Assembly: GCF_009914755.1 (NCBI RefSeq)
Contig: NC_060927.1
Length of the DNA stretch: 64,000 nt
Reading direction: 5' to 3' (one strand)
Source: the human T2T-CHM13v2.0 reference genome, Homo sapiens
In this document: one piece after another, positions 14,425-26,487 of the stretch
How positions within the stretch are numbered: the first letter of the stretch is position 1
Layout: each line of letters opens with the position of its first letter
The notes under the pieces: generated by a model
What the model was told of the DNA's origin: nothing
The model's input: only the letters and a program-made list of their open reading frames with translations
Database searches by the model: none
Translations under genes and position numbers: made by a program

Positions 14425-17400
14425 TCTACTTCTTTCTCTTTAAAATGGGGTGATAATACATGATGAGATTGAGTGGTTTAAATACATGATAAAATGTGAA
14501 GAATTATACTCATGGAAGGTTCTGTGCTAATTACCAATGTTCGATTCCTGAATTACAGGTTCATTTGTTAAGTTAAATCTAATTTCTCTACAGACCCTTT
14601 GTCAATGTCGTTTTCATCAACTTCAGGCTGCATGCCCCCTTTTAGGAGAGGCTGTCTTCAGTCTGTGCTATGTATTGATTTAATCTTGCTGTGAATTCCA
14701 AATATTTAATGATAAATCACTGGCTGCTTTCTTGCATGTACATTATCATATGTTGCCTCCTAATTCAATGATGTATCATATTCTCATTTACTTCTGTTGT
14801 CCATGTATTTATTAAGTATTCTGAGCAGTCTAGGCTAAATTGTTGGCAGTTGCCTGGCTGTGGACTTGGAGCTGATCCTTCTCAGTTTTCTTGACTGTTT
14901 CTTAAATATCAGTTCTGGGATAATGCTACCCACTCTCTCTGTGTTTCCCAGTGTTACTCAGACCTTAGAATGGATATAATACTTACTTTACCCCTGTTTC
15001 TCTTTTTTAATTTAACAATAACAATAAAGCTATATTTGATGTATGACAAATGTATATTCATAGATTGCTACCACAGCTGAGTTGTTGAGAATGATAACTC
15101 TATAACCCAGAGGGATGGAGTTTGTAAATTAGAGCTCTTTAATTATTGGTTTTGACTTAAGAGACAAATGACACAATGACTTAAGAAAATGAAGTGGCAA
15201 TTATAAATTAAACCTATCTTTCAGATAGCTTCAGTTTTTTAGAGATGATATTCAGTCATTCAACAAGTTGGTATTAAATGTATATGACTAGTGTTTTGTT
15301 AAGTGTTAAAAACATAGAGGGAAACTATAGATATAATGCTATTGTTAGGAATTTTTAAATCTCATGAAGGGAAAGGCACATGAACTACTAAAATCTGTGG
15401 AAGAAAAGTACACAGTATATTTTAAAGAGATCTGATTTAAGCTGGAGAGGAGGGGGACCTCATGGTCAGGCTTCCATGACAAGGTGATATTTAGACAATA
15501 TGTGTCTCCAGAGCTTCTATTCAGCACAATCACATATTTGTTAACATTTAACCTATTTTTAGGTAAATTTGAGGGCATTGTTGGTGCTCAGATGAACAAC
15601 CAATGAGTACTTGTACCTATATCAATGTAGCTTTAGATTAGCAAATAAAAAAATTGCAATTTTGCATTTCACAGCCCTACCCTAATGGGAAATACCATTC
15701 AAACATTTGGTTTAACTATGTATGAATCTAGCTTTTGAGAAGGTTGAGGTAAATATGTTGAAATCCAGAGCTACATGTGTGGTTTTTGAATCATTCTTCA
15801 GAGACAAGGTATGTTCCTTCCCAGGCATAGAATCTCGCCATTGCTCCCTTTCCAGCCAATCCCAGTTCTGTCAGCAACGATTACTCATGGTCCTTCGGTT
15901 ACAAAAAATACAGGGCCACTTGTCAAGATATCAGAATACTAGGATTATGTATTTCTGGTTAGTTGAAAAAAAAAAAAAAAAGCAGTATGGAAGCAGAAAT
16001 GCCTTAAAGAGAGAGGGCTCTATAGCACTACTCTGGGTCCTGGCAGCTGGAACCCTTAGCATTAGTCCAAGGTAACATCAGTGGAGTGGACATCCTCATT
16101 ACTTAAAAATACACTACAGTCGACACTCCCTGTTTCTTCCTTCTTTACCCCCTAACCTAACCCCACACTACATACTACATTAAACTATCTTGTGGAAATA
16201 GGTAAACACAATAAGAAAATAGAGTGTTATCCTGTTGCCTTTTCTATTCCTGGATAACTGGATGCTGCCCTGCCTTCCATTGTACATATGAAGATACAAT
16301 TCAGAATTGACAGCCACCTAAGCCTGTCAAATACATTGTTTAGTGAAACGTGGACCAATGAAAAATTTTCTACACAATGCATAATTGAGGTCTTTGAGAC
16401 CTTCAAGATCTTTAGTGATCTTGTTTTTTCTCGGGCACCTGCAACCCTTAACTTGTGTACAAATTGACCACAATTTAATGAAAAATCAGCCTGACCACTA
16501 CCCAGGGCTCTAGGGGTTTCTAAAATATAAAGAAATATAAGAAGATTAGAAAAACTATGCGTAAGTCTGTGGTTGCAGCCAGTAAGACTGGGAGGTAGGA
16601 GGCAAGGCCCTTCATGGTCTTGAGAAATGATAGGTGGTTGGTTTGTAAACCACCTTCTAAGGAAGCTGAATAGCCGACTGCAGGGTGTTTAGTTTGGTTC
16701 AAGATTGTCAAAAGAGCCATTTGCTTAATACAGCAGAGGATAGACTGAGGCTCACTCTCCTTCTTTTTTCCCTAGTACCTCAAGCCTTTCCTTTAAAATA
16801 TCAAATTTGAGTTTGAAGGGAACCAGATTATTAGTTGACTAGGGCTTTCAAATGCATTGTTAAACCATAGTTACTCACAAGTAAACTAGAAATAATCTAA
16901 AGCCAGGACTTTGTCTTGAAATCTTTTTTAAAAAATTTCTGTGGCATTTGGTATACCTTATAGGTATCAAAGAAATATTTGGCAGAGGATTGAACTCTCT
17001 ATGACTGTCAGGGGATACAGGTGATTGATGAACATCACAGGTTGAATGTTATTCATCATTCAGGAAAAAAATACACTGAGATCAAGCGCTACTTTCTCTG
17101 GGAGGCCTTTCAGACTTGTCCTCCTCTGTTCACCCCCACCTTATTCCTAGCTTCCAGCATAGATGTATCCATGACTGCCTTTGTTCCCTCGTGATGTCTT
17201 ATCTCATGTATTTCAATCATGGCCACTCTGTATCAATAACAGAATATTGGACTGATTTATTTTCATGTCTGTGAACCTGAATTCACCTATAAGCATTTCA
17301 GGGACAGAACTCACATCTGATTCATCTCAGTATTACAAGGACAATGATTGGAACAGAGAAGGTACCAGATATGTAGTTTAAAATACGTAAATGAAGAGTA

Positions 17401-17768
17401 AATAATAAACATGATAACAATAAAGACATTAATTTATCTAGTGCAATCTCATTTCTCTGAAGGAATGTACAGTATCCACAATGAACGATGATGATAACAC
17501 AAGGGCCTTTGAAGATAGAAAGTGGAAAATGTGAATCTGGATGCTTTTTAATTTTTTTCCTGTGTTCTAAAAAGCCACAGAAGAAGTCATGTGAATAAAA
17601 GACATAAATGTTAGTGAATGGATTTATCATTTTTAACTGTGCCAGCTTCTTGGTGTAATGCTTGAGCATTAGTAGTTAGGCAATACATTTTAATGAGTGT
17701 TTCTAACTTACAAGTGCATATTTAGAGGTGAGAACACTGTAGCACTTAAATAATTAATAATAAATAGT

Positions 17769-17818
17769 TAATATGTTCCTCCAGAGTAATATGTTCCTCC
17801 AGAGTAATATGTTCCTCC
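17769..17818. repeat. 18-bp tandem repeat, 2.8 copies (taatatgttcctccagag)
   Basis: Direct reading; the copies are perfect. Confidence 0.95.
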
Positions 17819-19240
17819 TTCTATTATCTCTGGCCTATTGGACGGTCTTCATTTATCTTTTAAAGAAGGCTTTAGGGTTTGGGACCCAAACAGATGGGAA
17901 TGTGCCCTTATTTTTTTTTTTTTTTCTGTAAATCTAGTGAGCCCCTGAGCTGAGGGGTCTTTCAGAACGCGTACTTTGTATTTGTAGGCTCTGGTATCTA
18001 TATACTGAAAAATACTTTCAGTTGCAATACTTTATGTAATGTCCTAAAAAATGTGTTTTCAAAGACAGAAATCACTGCTATTTAGATGGTTTATTTTTCT
18101 AGAGCAAATAGTTCATAGTATTGACTTTCTAAAGCTATGTTTCTGTAAGTGTTCTTTTAGTCATGCAAATTCTAAAGTCATTTGAAGGGGATCTTACAGA
18201 TGTGCTTCGTTATTTTATTTTCTTAAATTCCATCCTAAATTGGGTCTGAGCATATTATGGTGGAATGGACTAGGAGTGAAAGATTGGTCGTTCTGGTTTG
18301 CCCTGGGCCATCCAAACAGCTGTGTAAGCAGCAGGTCCTGGAAATACTGGGCTCACGATTTTTGGATATGATTCAGTGATCAGCATGACTCCACTGCAGG
18401 ACCTCACTCACTGCTTGTAGCTGTTTCTCTGTGGTCATTCTGGAAGTCAAAATTCAATATGAATGCCTTGTGAGAAATGCTTTTAATGAACTATAAAAAT
18501 CAGCAGTCTGAAGAGAAGGTCATTTCTGATACAGTGATTATAGTCATTTCTGCACACCAATGCCAATTAAAGACTATAGATATGTAACAAGCAGGAGACA
18601 CACACTATTGCAACGGCAGCTGAATTATGACAACTGACAAAGCACATACCTGGAAGTTGGTGATTTCGCTATGAAAAGCAGGGTTCAGCCTCCTGTGTTT
18701 CACACTCGTCTTTCAAGTGCCCTCACAGTGAACTCTCCAAAATGCTTTAATTTTAAAAAATCATTTTGAATTCATGGACCTAGTGATTGTTTATATATTT
18801 TGTTAGCTCCTTCAGAAGATTAAATATTTAAGATTTTTTTTTAGATCATGGATTCGTGCAGCTTTTGAATTCTTTTGAAATAAAATTGCTCTTAATGAGA
18901 CATCTGAAAACATGAACAAACACTGAAGAAACAGAGTTCTCCAGAATAATGATGCTATTGTTAAGTGATTGAATAGTTGGGAGATTAATATCATGGTGTA
19001 CTGGCATGTTGGTTAATTCTAGCCATAATTTAACTGTAAAACCTACTTAAGGAAGCAGGAGGCTGAACGGCATGTCAAACACAAGGCACCCACACATAGA
19101 GCTCAACACAATAACAAATTAAGCACTGTTTATGTACAGACATAGTTGGCCTTATGTTTTTTTTCTTAATCTGTGATTTAGGTAATAATTGCACTATAAT
19201 TTTAACTCTCTATGCAGTTTGAATGTCTGCTTAATTGTTT

Positions 19241-19500
19241 TATTACCATTGTATTCAGTGATACTAATTGATGGTGCCAGTGAAATTTAGCTGTGTGTCC
19301 CTAAGTCTTTATGCACATAAGACTGGCATTGATTTAGTCTTGATAGCATATATCCTGTTTCTACTAGATTACTCTAAAATTGTTTGACCAAAGGCTACGG
19401 GGAAATTTTGGCCCAAGTGAAAATGTATAATTTAATTTGTGAAGAGTTTTCATATACTCTAAGCTTGGCTTTTCTTTTCCTTGAACATTTTGCCAAATTC
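19241..19500 (+). repeat. Left arm of a 260-bp inverted repeat
   Basis: Its reverse complement aligns without gaps to 19977-20236 with 10 mismatches (manual alignment). Confidence 0.97.
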
Positions 19501-19844
19501 CCTAAATGAGACCAAAGTGCCTTTTGCTTAAATTTTGGCATACCATGAAATGTCTTTCTGTATTAGCTATAGATTATGTGAACCTGTTGCTGTACAAAAT
19601 CATGCAAAAGGGAAAGAAAACAAGAGTCTCATGTAAAGTTCAAATGTACCATTTAGCTACTTCAGTTTTAGTAATTGCAGGGTTTTACTAACCTGAAAAG
19701 TTATCTTGACTCTTAACACAAAATTAATTTCTCCTTGTACCTAAGTTCAACAAAAATGCATGGAATTTCATGAGTTTGCGTTTATGTGCTTACATACATA
19801 TGTGTGTCATGAAGCTGTGTTTCAGACAGTGATAAGAAAATATC

Positions 19845-19970
19845 CTTAGTGATCTAATTAAAATGCAGATTCTGGTTCAGTATGTTTGGGATGGTGCTTT
19901 ATAACCTGCATTTTTAAGAAGCTCAAGGTGATGCCAAAGCTGTTGTTCCACAGACCACACTTTGAACACC
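19845..19970. mobile_element. MER5A fragment within the inverted-repeat spacer
   Basis: aaaatgcagattctggttcagta...cctgcatttttaagaagctcaaggtgatgcc...cagaccacactttga matches MER5A. Confidence 0.75.
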
Positions 19971-19976
19971 AAATGT

Positions 19977-20236
19977 GAATTTGGTAAAATGTTCAAGGAA
20001 AAGAAAAGCCAAGCTTAGAGTATATGAAAACTCTTCACAAATTAAATTATACATTTTCACTTGGGCCAAAATTTCCCCATAGCCTTTGGTCAAACAATTT
20101 TAGAGTAATCTAGTAGAAATAGGATATGTGCTATCAAGACTAAATCAATGCCAGTCTTATGTGCATAAAGACTTAGGCACACAGAGCTAAATTTCACTGG
20201 CACCATGTATTAGTATCAGTGAATACAATGGAAATA
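19977..20236 (-). repeat. Right arm of the 260-bp inverted repeat
   Basis: Reverse-complement copy of 19241-19500. Confidence 0.97.
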
Positions 20237-21609
20237 CAAAGCTAAATTTCCATAATTTGGAAATATTAGCTTTCCAAAAATATGTAAAAATATGATACTA
20301 TTCACTTGAATAAGTGAGAATCTATTAAGAACTTTTTTCTTGGTAGAGGACTAAATAATGCTTTACCTCTTTGCCTGTTGGCTACAGTTTAATCTTTCAA
20401 GGAATGCTATTGACACTTTCAGCAACTTGGTTTCTCCCCATTACTGTGGTCTCATCTATATAAATGTATATATGTGACAATGAAAATGGCTTCAGGACCA
20501 TGAAAAATTCCATAAATTTGGTTGCTTTTATACATTTTATGGTTTTTAAGTGAACTTAGGAGTCTACCGGCACTCTACATGCTGAAATTGTTGATGTGCT
20601 TGAAACATTCCATTCATCAAAAAGAAACAGTGGACCAGAAGATCTCTATGTCCTCTGGCTTCTGTGGTGGCAGATTCCCCAGAAGGCTTGCGGTTTGATG
20701 GGACTTAAGCTTGTTTAGATAACTGCACACAATACCCATATGTACCTCCAGAAAGGCTCAGCTTTAAATGCAGCCATTACACTTAGAAAAACATCATGTG
20801 GCATTAACCTAATCTGGAATAAGTTAAGTAGCTTACCCTAAGTACGTGGTAGAATACCGTAACTTTGTAGGACTGGGCTTTGGGGCTTTCCAGTACAGAA
20901 AGCCTTATAATATGTAATCTTTGAGAAATAACTTAAGATGGACACTTAATTGTATCTTCTAATTTTGTCTCTGTATTAACACCGAAAACATGGTTTTATT
21001 TGTACTGTTAAATATTTATTGCTTGGATTATTTCATACTCTCCTAACTAGTTTATTTCACATAAAATTGGCTTCCTTTTTCTTTTTTCTTTTTGTTTTTT
21101 TTACTGATGTTTGCTTGACAGTCTCATGAATTTGGTTTTCTAAGCTAGAAAAATCTTCTTCAGACCTAATGTAAATAAGCTACCTGAAATTAACAAAAAT
21201 CTTATGGAGACAGAACCATCTAAAGAAAAAGTGTTTGAAAACGAGGATGCTCTCTAGATAAAGTCATTTTCTAGTTGCTATTTTTGTGTGTATATTATAA
21301 CCAAACACACACACAAACTCAAGATGTTCCTCCAAAAGCATGGTGAATTATAGAGAAATGGTGGGACATAATATTACAAACATTTGTTCTTTCTAAAAAT
21401 CAGACCACATATTGGAACTAGTTTATGACTCAATAAGGTTACAGTTCAGCATTCTCGTAAATAGCAGGGAGGCCTATCTTGAAATGCCTAATTTAGATTT
21501 GTCCATCAAGTTTCATTAATGCATTATTTATTATTCTGTAAAGCCTAGAAATCTTACAAATAGTGATAACATTTTAACTCATAGTATGGGAAATATTAAA
21601 GAATTCTGC

Positions 21610-22270
21610 ATCATTAAACATTGGTAAGGCTGTGGAGAAACTATTATTCTGTTGGTAAGACAACTACTTTGGGAAATGTGTTCTGCATGCTTCAATGATC
21701 CCACTCCTGAGCAGATACCCTAGTAAAACTTCTGCACATTTTTACCAGTAGATAGATATGAGAATGTTAATAACAGCAATGTTTATAAGGACAAAAATAA
21801 AGGGAAGGTGTTTGGATAAACCTAAGTGAAAACAGATGGGAGATAGGATAAATAAGTTGTGAATTATTTGTTTAATGGGACTCTATAAACCATTGAAAAT
21901 AACAGAATTGCAGTCTCTTACACCATCATGATTGAATTCATGATTAAAAATGTTAAGTAAAAAAAAAGTTGTAGTAAAATATGTAAGCTATGGCTCATTT
22001 AAATAGACAACTAACATGGGAAAAACTAAACCATATATATATATATATACATACGTATAAGAAAACAATAAGAAAGACAAGGGATATTTTGTTGCAGAGG
22101 GATATTTTATTACAGAACACAGGGAAGCAGATAAAATGTCTGTGGGGAAAAGTGGAAGAAATGAGGTTGGACAGAGGCAAGCAAGAAAGTTCACAACTAA
22201 GCCATGTATTCTTTAAATTCTGTCATGTGTTAATTTTTAATTTTTTACATCTTTTATATATTTATAAAAA
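21610..22270 (+). mobile_element. Old L1 (L1ME/MD-like) 3' fragment followed by AT-rich low-complexity DNA (to ~22520)
   Basis: cattggtaaggctgtggagaaa, atcccactcctgagcagataccctag and gagaatgttaataacagcaatgtttata resemble the L1M ORF2 end/3'UTR. Confidence 0.6.
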
Positions 22271-22683
22271 GCCTTTCACATATTTAATACTCATGTATAT
22301 ATAAATATATACATACATATTTAAATAATTTATATGAAATTATATAATATATAACCTATATTATATAAAATTATATAATATGTAATTCAATGATTAAAAT
22401 ATATAAAAGAATAATATACTGATTATATTTAATTTAAACTTCAATAATTAAATATACTGAAATATAATAAATTATAACACAAATAAACAAGGTAGTATTT
22501 GTATATAAATAAACTAAAATTTAAAGATATCCATGACTAACCCCAACTTTTACCTTTTGCCTGTAATGATGCGGAAAATGCATGTTTTAAGTTTTTTGAA
22601 TGTCTGTTTTAAAATTGCAATTTGACAGTAAATACTTTAAAATACCCAGCAATTATCTAACATGCAATTGAAATTCTATAGTT

Positions 22684-22738
22684 TCAAAGATCAAAAGAAG
22701 TCTTCAGAAGTCAAAGACTCAAAAGAAGTCTTCAGAAG
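22684..22738. repeat. 27/28-bp tandem duplication (tcaaaga(c)tcaaaagaagtcttcagaag x2)
   Basis: Direct reading. Confidence 0.9.
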
Positions 22739-24836
22739 ACATGTCACTTCTTACATGTAGTGAATGAATTCTTTCATTGTATCAACAACTTTAAATAGCT
22801 ATATCAGTTATTCTCTAACAAGATTAAATCTAGTTGCTTATTGACTCCACTGTAGTGTTTGTAGGAAGAAGTCTTTCTATAAGCACACATACATACAAAC
22901 ACCACAGATTTCCATGCTTTCTGATTTTTTTTTCTAGAAACATGTAATTTACAGAAGGAGGCAATATAGGCTAGCTCAAAAGATACTTATGGCAATACTA
23001 ATTATAAAATAACCAGTAGACATGTACATCGGTAAAAATCAGCTGCTGATACTTGCATTAGTTTGAAGTTTATTGGAATGCTTATATACCCTGGAATGAT
23101 GATATACTTGAAATAAAAATGACAGTAAAAATGAATTAAATGAATTGTCACTTATATATTCCTGACATTTTTTGGTATTTAGTAACTTATCACAATCAAT
23201 CAATAAACAAACACACAAATAAATTTAATAACTAATAATAACTACTGATTCCCTCATAAGTGTGTAAATTATAAACCACCCAGTGAATGGCATTAGTTAC
23301 TGCTTACTTAATGCCTGCTTGTTTGTGTGTGTAACTTGCCCTGATAAAATTTTCTAACAGTACTAATAGATATTTATATTAAATACATTGCTTTTGGCAC
23401 TGGTCAAACTTAAAAGTCACGTGGACAGGTATGGAAAGTGTTAACGCCAGATACAAAATAATTTATGTAATAAGATTACCACTGTGTGAAACACACAAAC
23501 AAAAAAATATATAGAAAAGAAAACAACATAGCATATCTGTGTGTGAAGGAGTTATAACTAATTTACATGTTTCTGTTTTTCTGCATTTTCCAACTCTGAG
23601 TTTATGGGATATGTTCCCTCTATATTGGCAAAAATAATCAACTTATGTCAGTACTCAGGTAAGAAGTAAGCTGAAGACAGTTAAGAGAATTTCATTTTTA
23701 TGGGCATGCAATGTAGCTTTTCATTCATTTAATGTTAAGGAAAGTAGAAGCAATTATGTTCCTGTGGCATGTGAAAAGTACACACGACATAAATATATCA
23801 ACTTTTACTTTGGCTTCCCCACGATTAAAGTTAAGACAAGCGAACAAGAGGCCACCTCTTGAGCAGAATATATTTCATTTTGTTGTTAGGTGAATTCCAT
23901 CATGTAATGCACATCTGTAACCACAACCTATAATCCAATTGGGAAAAATCGTGTAGCCTTGAAGGGAACCTACCTGGTAATAGAATCAGGCTTATTTATA
24001 AGAAATAAATATGGGCATACAGCTTATATACTATGCATCTCAAAACTACTATTTTTATTGCTGTAATGAATTTTATATCATGAGGACTTTTTTTTTTTTT
24101 TTTTTTTTGGTAATTACTGTCCTTTGATATGGCTTTCATATTGTGTCTTCTTAGACACAATAAAATCCAATATGTTATCTGATAATTTATTCTCATCTCT
24201 AATGTGTACTTCTGTTTGCATATTTTTTCTTTATTCAGCTTGTGTCAGATGGTTCTAAATTTAAAAAGATTTTAGGAACTTTAAACATAACAGTTAAATT
24301 TCCTGGGAGAATGATGAATAGAAAGCATTTCATACTTCTCCATGTCTATGTATCTCATCCTCACTAGAAAACATTGTTAGCTTCTGCCATCAATGCTACT
24401 ACTTTCCACACATTTTTATTGAAAAGTAACAAGTAGATAGAAAATTGTACTAATCGTCAGTGTATAGTTTGTATTTTCACAAACTGAACACATCCAAGTA
24501 ACCACCAGCCAAATCATGAAACAGAACATGCCCAGCATAGGAAAAACCCTTTATGCCTCTTCTAATTTTTTTTTTTTTTTTTTGAAATGGGGTCTCGCTC
24601 TGTCGACCAGGCTGCTGGAGTGCAATGGCGTGATCTTGGCTCACTGCAACCTCCACTTCCCCGGTTCAAGCGATTCCCGACTCAGCTTCCTCAGTAGCTA
24701 GGATTACAGGCGCCCGCCATCACGCCCAGCTAATTTTTGTATTTTTAGTAGAGATGGCATTTTACCATGTTGATCAGACTGGTCTTGAACTCCTGACTTC
24801 AAGTGATCTGCCCACCTTGGCCTCCCACAGTGCTAG

Positions 24837-26487
24837 TGTGTCCGGAATTGGTGGGTTCTTGGTCTCACTGACTTCGAATGAAGCCGTGGACCCTCGCTGT
24901 GAGTGTTACAACTCTTAAGGCGGCGCGTACCTTCTGATGTTCGGATGTGTTCGGAGTTTCTTCCTTTTGGTGGGTTCGTGGTCTCACTGGCTCAGGAGTG
25001 AAGCTGCAGACCTTTGTGGTGAGTGTTACAGCTCTTAAGGCGGCGCGTCTGGAGTTGTTCGTTCCTCCCAGTGGGTTCGTGGTCTCGCTGGCTTCAGGAG
25101 TGAAGCTGCAGACCTTCGCGGTGAGTGTTACAGCTCATAAAGGCAGTGTGGACCCAAAGAGTGAGCAGCAGCAAGATTTATTGCAAAGAGCGAAAGAACA
25201 AAGCTTTCAAAGTCTGGAAGGGGTCCCAAGCGGTTGCCATGGCTGGCTGGGACAGTCTGCTTTTATTCTCTTATCTGGCCCCACCCACATCCTGCTGATT
25301 GGTAGAGCCGAGTGGTCTGTTTTGACAGGGCGCTGATTGGTGTGTTTACAATCCCTGAGCTAGACACAAAAGTTCTCCACCTCCCCACCAGATTAGCTAG
25401 ATACAGAGTGTCCACACAAAGGTTCTCCACGTCCCCATCAGAGTAGCTAGATACAGAGTGTAGATTGGTGCATTCACAAACCTTGAGCTAGGCACAGGGT
25501 GCTGATTGGTGTGTTTACAAACCTTGAGCTAGATAGAGAGTGCCGATTGGTGTATTTACAATCCCTTAGCTAGACATAAAGGTTCTCCAAGTCCCCACCA
25601 GAGTAGCTAGATACAGAGTGTCGATTGGTGCATTCACAAACCCTGAGCTAGACACAGGGTGCTGATTGGTGTGTTTACAAACCTTGAGCTAGAGACAGAG
25701 TGCTGATTGGTGTATTTACAATCCCTTAGCTAGACATAAAGGTTCTCCAAGTCCCCACCAGAGTAGCTAGATACAGAGTGTCGATTGGTGCATTCACAAA
25801 CCCTGAGCTAGACATAAAGGTTCTCCAAGTTCCCACTAGACTCAGGAGCCCAGCTGGCTTCACCCAGTGGATCCCACACGGAGGCCGCAGGTGGAGCTGC
25901 CTGCCAGTCCGGCGCCGTGCACCTGCACTCCTCAGCCCTTGGGTGGTTGATGGGACTGGGCGCCATGGAACCAGGGGTGGCGCTCGTTGGGGAGGCTCGG
26001 GCGCACAGGAGCCCACGGAGGAGGGGAGGCTCAGGCATGGCGGGCTGCAGGTCCCGAGCCCTGCCCCTCGGGGAGGCAGCTAAGGCACGGTGAGAAATCG
26101 AGTGCAGCGCCAGTGGGCCGGCACTGCTGGGGGACCCAGTACACCCTCCGCAGCTGCTGGCCCAGGTACTAAGCCGCTCATTGCCCGGGGCCGGCAGGGC
26201 CGGCCAGCCCCTCCAAGTGTGGGGCCCACCAAGCCCACGCCCACCTGGAAGTCCAGCTGTCCCGCAAGCGCCGCGCGCAGCCCCGGTTCCCGCTCGCGCC
26301 TCTCCCTCCATACCTCTCTGCAAGCTGAGGGAGCCAGCTCTGGCCTTGGCCAGACCAGAAAGGGGCTCCCACAGTGCAGTGGTGGGCTGAAGAGCTCCTC
26401 AAGCGCCACCAAAGTGGGAGTCCAGGCAGAGGAGAGGCCGAGAGCGAGCAAGGGCTGCGAGGGCTGCCAGCACGCTGTCACCTCTCA
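24837..26487 (-). mobile_element. Solo LTR12C (ERV9/HERV9 LTR), full length 1651 bp
   Basis: The minus strand begins TGAGAGGTGACAGCGTGCTGGCAG and ends CAATTCCGGACACA. 4-bp TSD CTAG (24833-36, 26488-91), CpG-rich U3, and tandem CCAAT repeats. Confidence 0.96.
25177..25790 (-). promoter_or_regulatory. LTR12C promoter/enhancer: nine CCAAT (NF-Y) boxes, CACCC/GT box, GATA site, TATA-like AATAAA and R-region poly(A) signal
   Basis: ATTGG occurs 9 times on + between 25298 and 25788. ttatct (AGATAA on -) is at 25271, tttatt at 25262-67 (TATA-like) and 25177-82 (poly(A) signal). This matches established ERV9 LTR architecture. Confidence 0.8.

Noticed and set aside
16148-16166. Telomere-like ccctaacctaacccc
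   Set aside because: Only about two degenerate units, too short to call an interstitial telomeric sequence.
18683-19068. Perfect 13-bp inverted repeat (gttcagcctcctg / caggaggctgaac) 360 bp apart, near the large inverted repeat
   Set aside because: It does not extend, and a 13-bp local match is roughly expected by chance somewhere in a window of this size.
25298-25810. Regularly spaced ~40-bp repeats superficially like a CRISPR array
   Set aside because: Human DNA with no unique spacers and no cas genes. These are the known LTR12 U3 tandem repeats.
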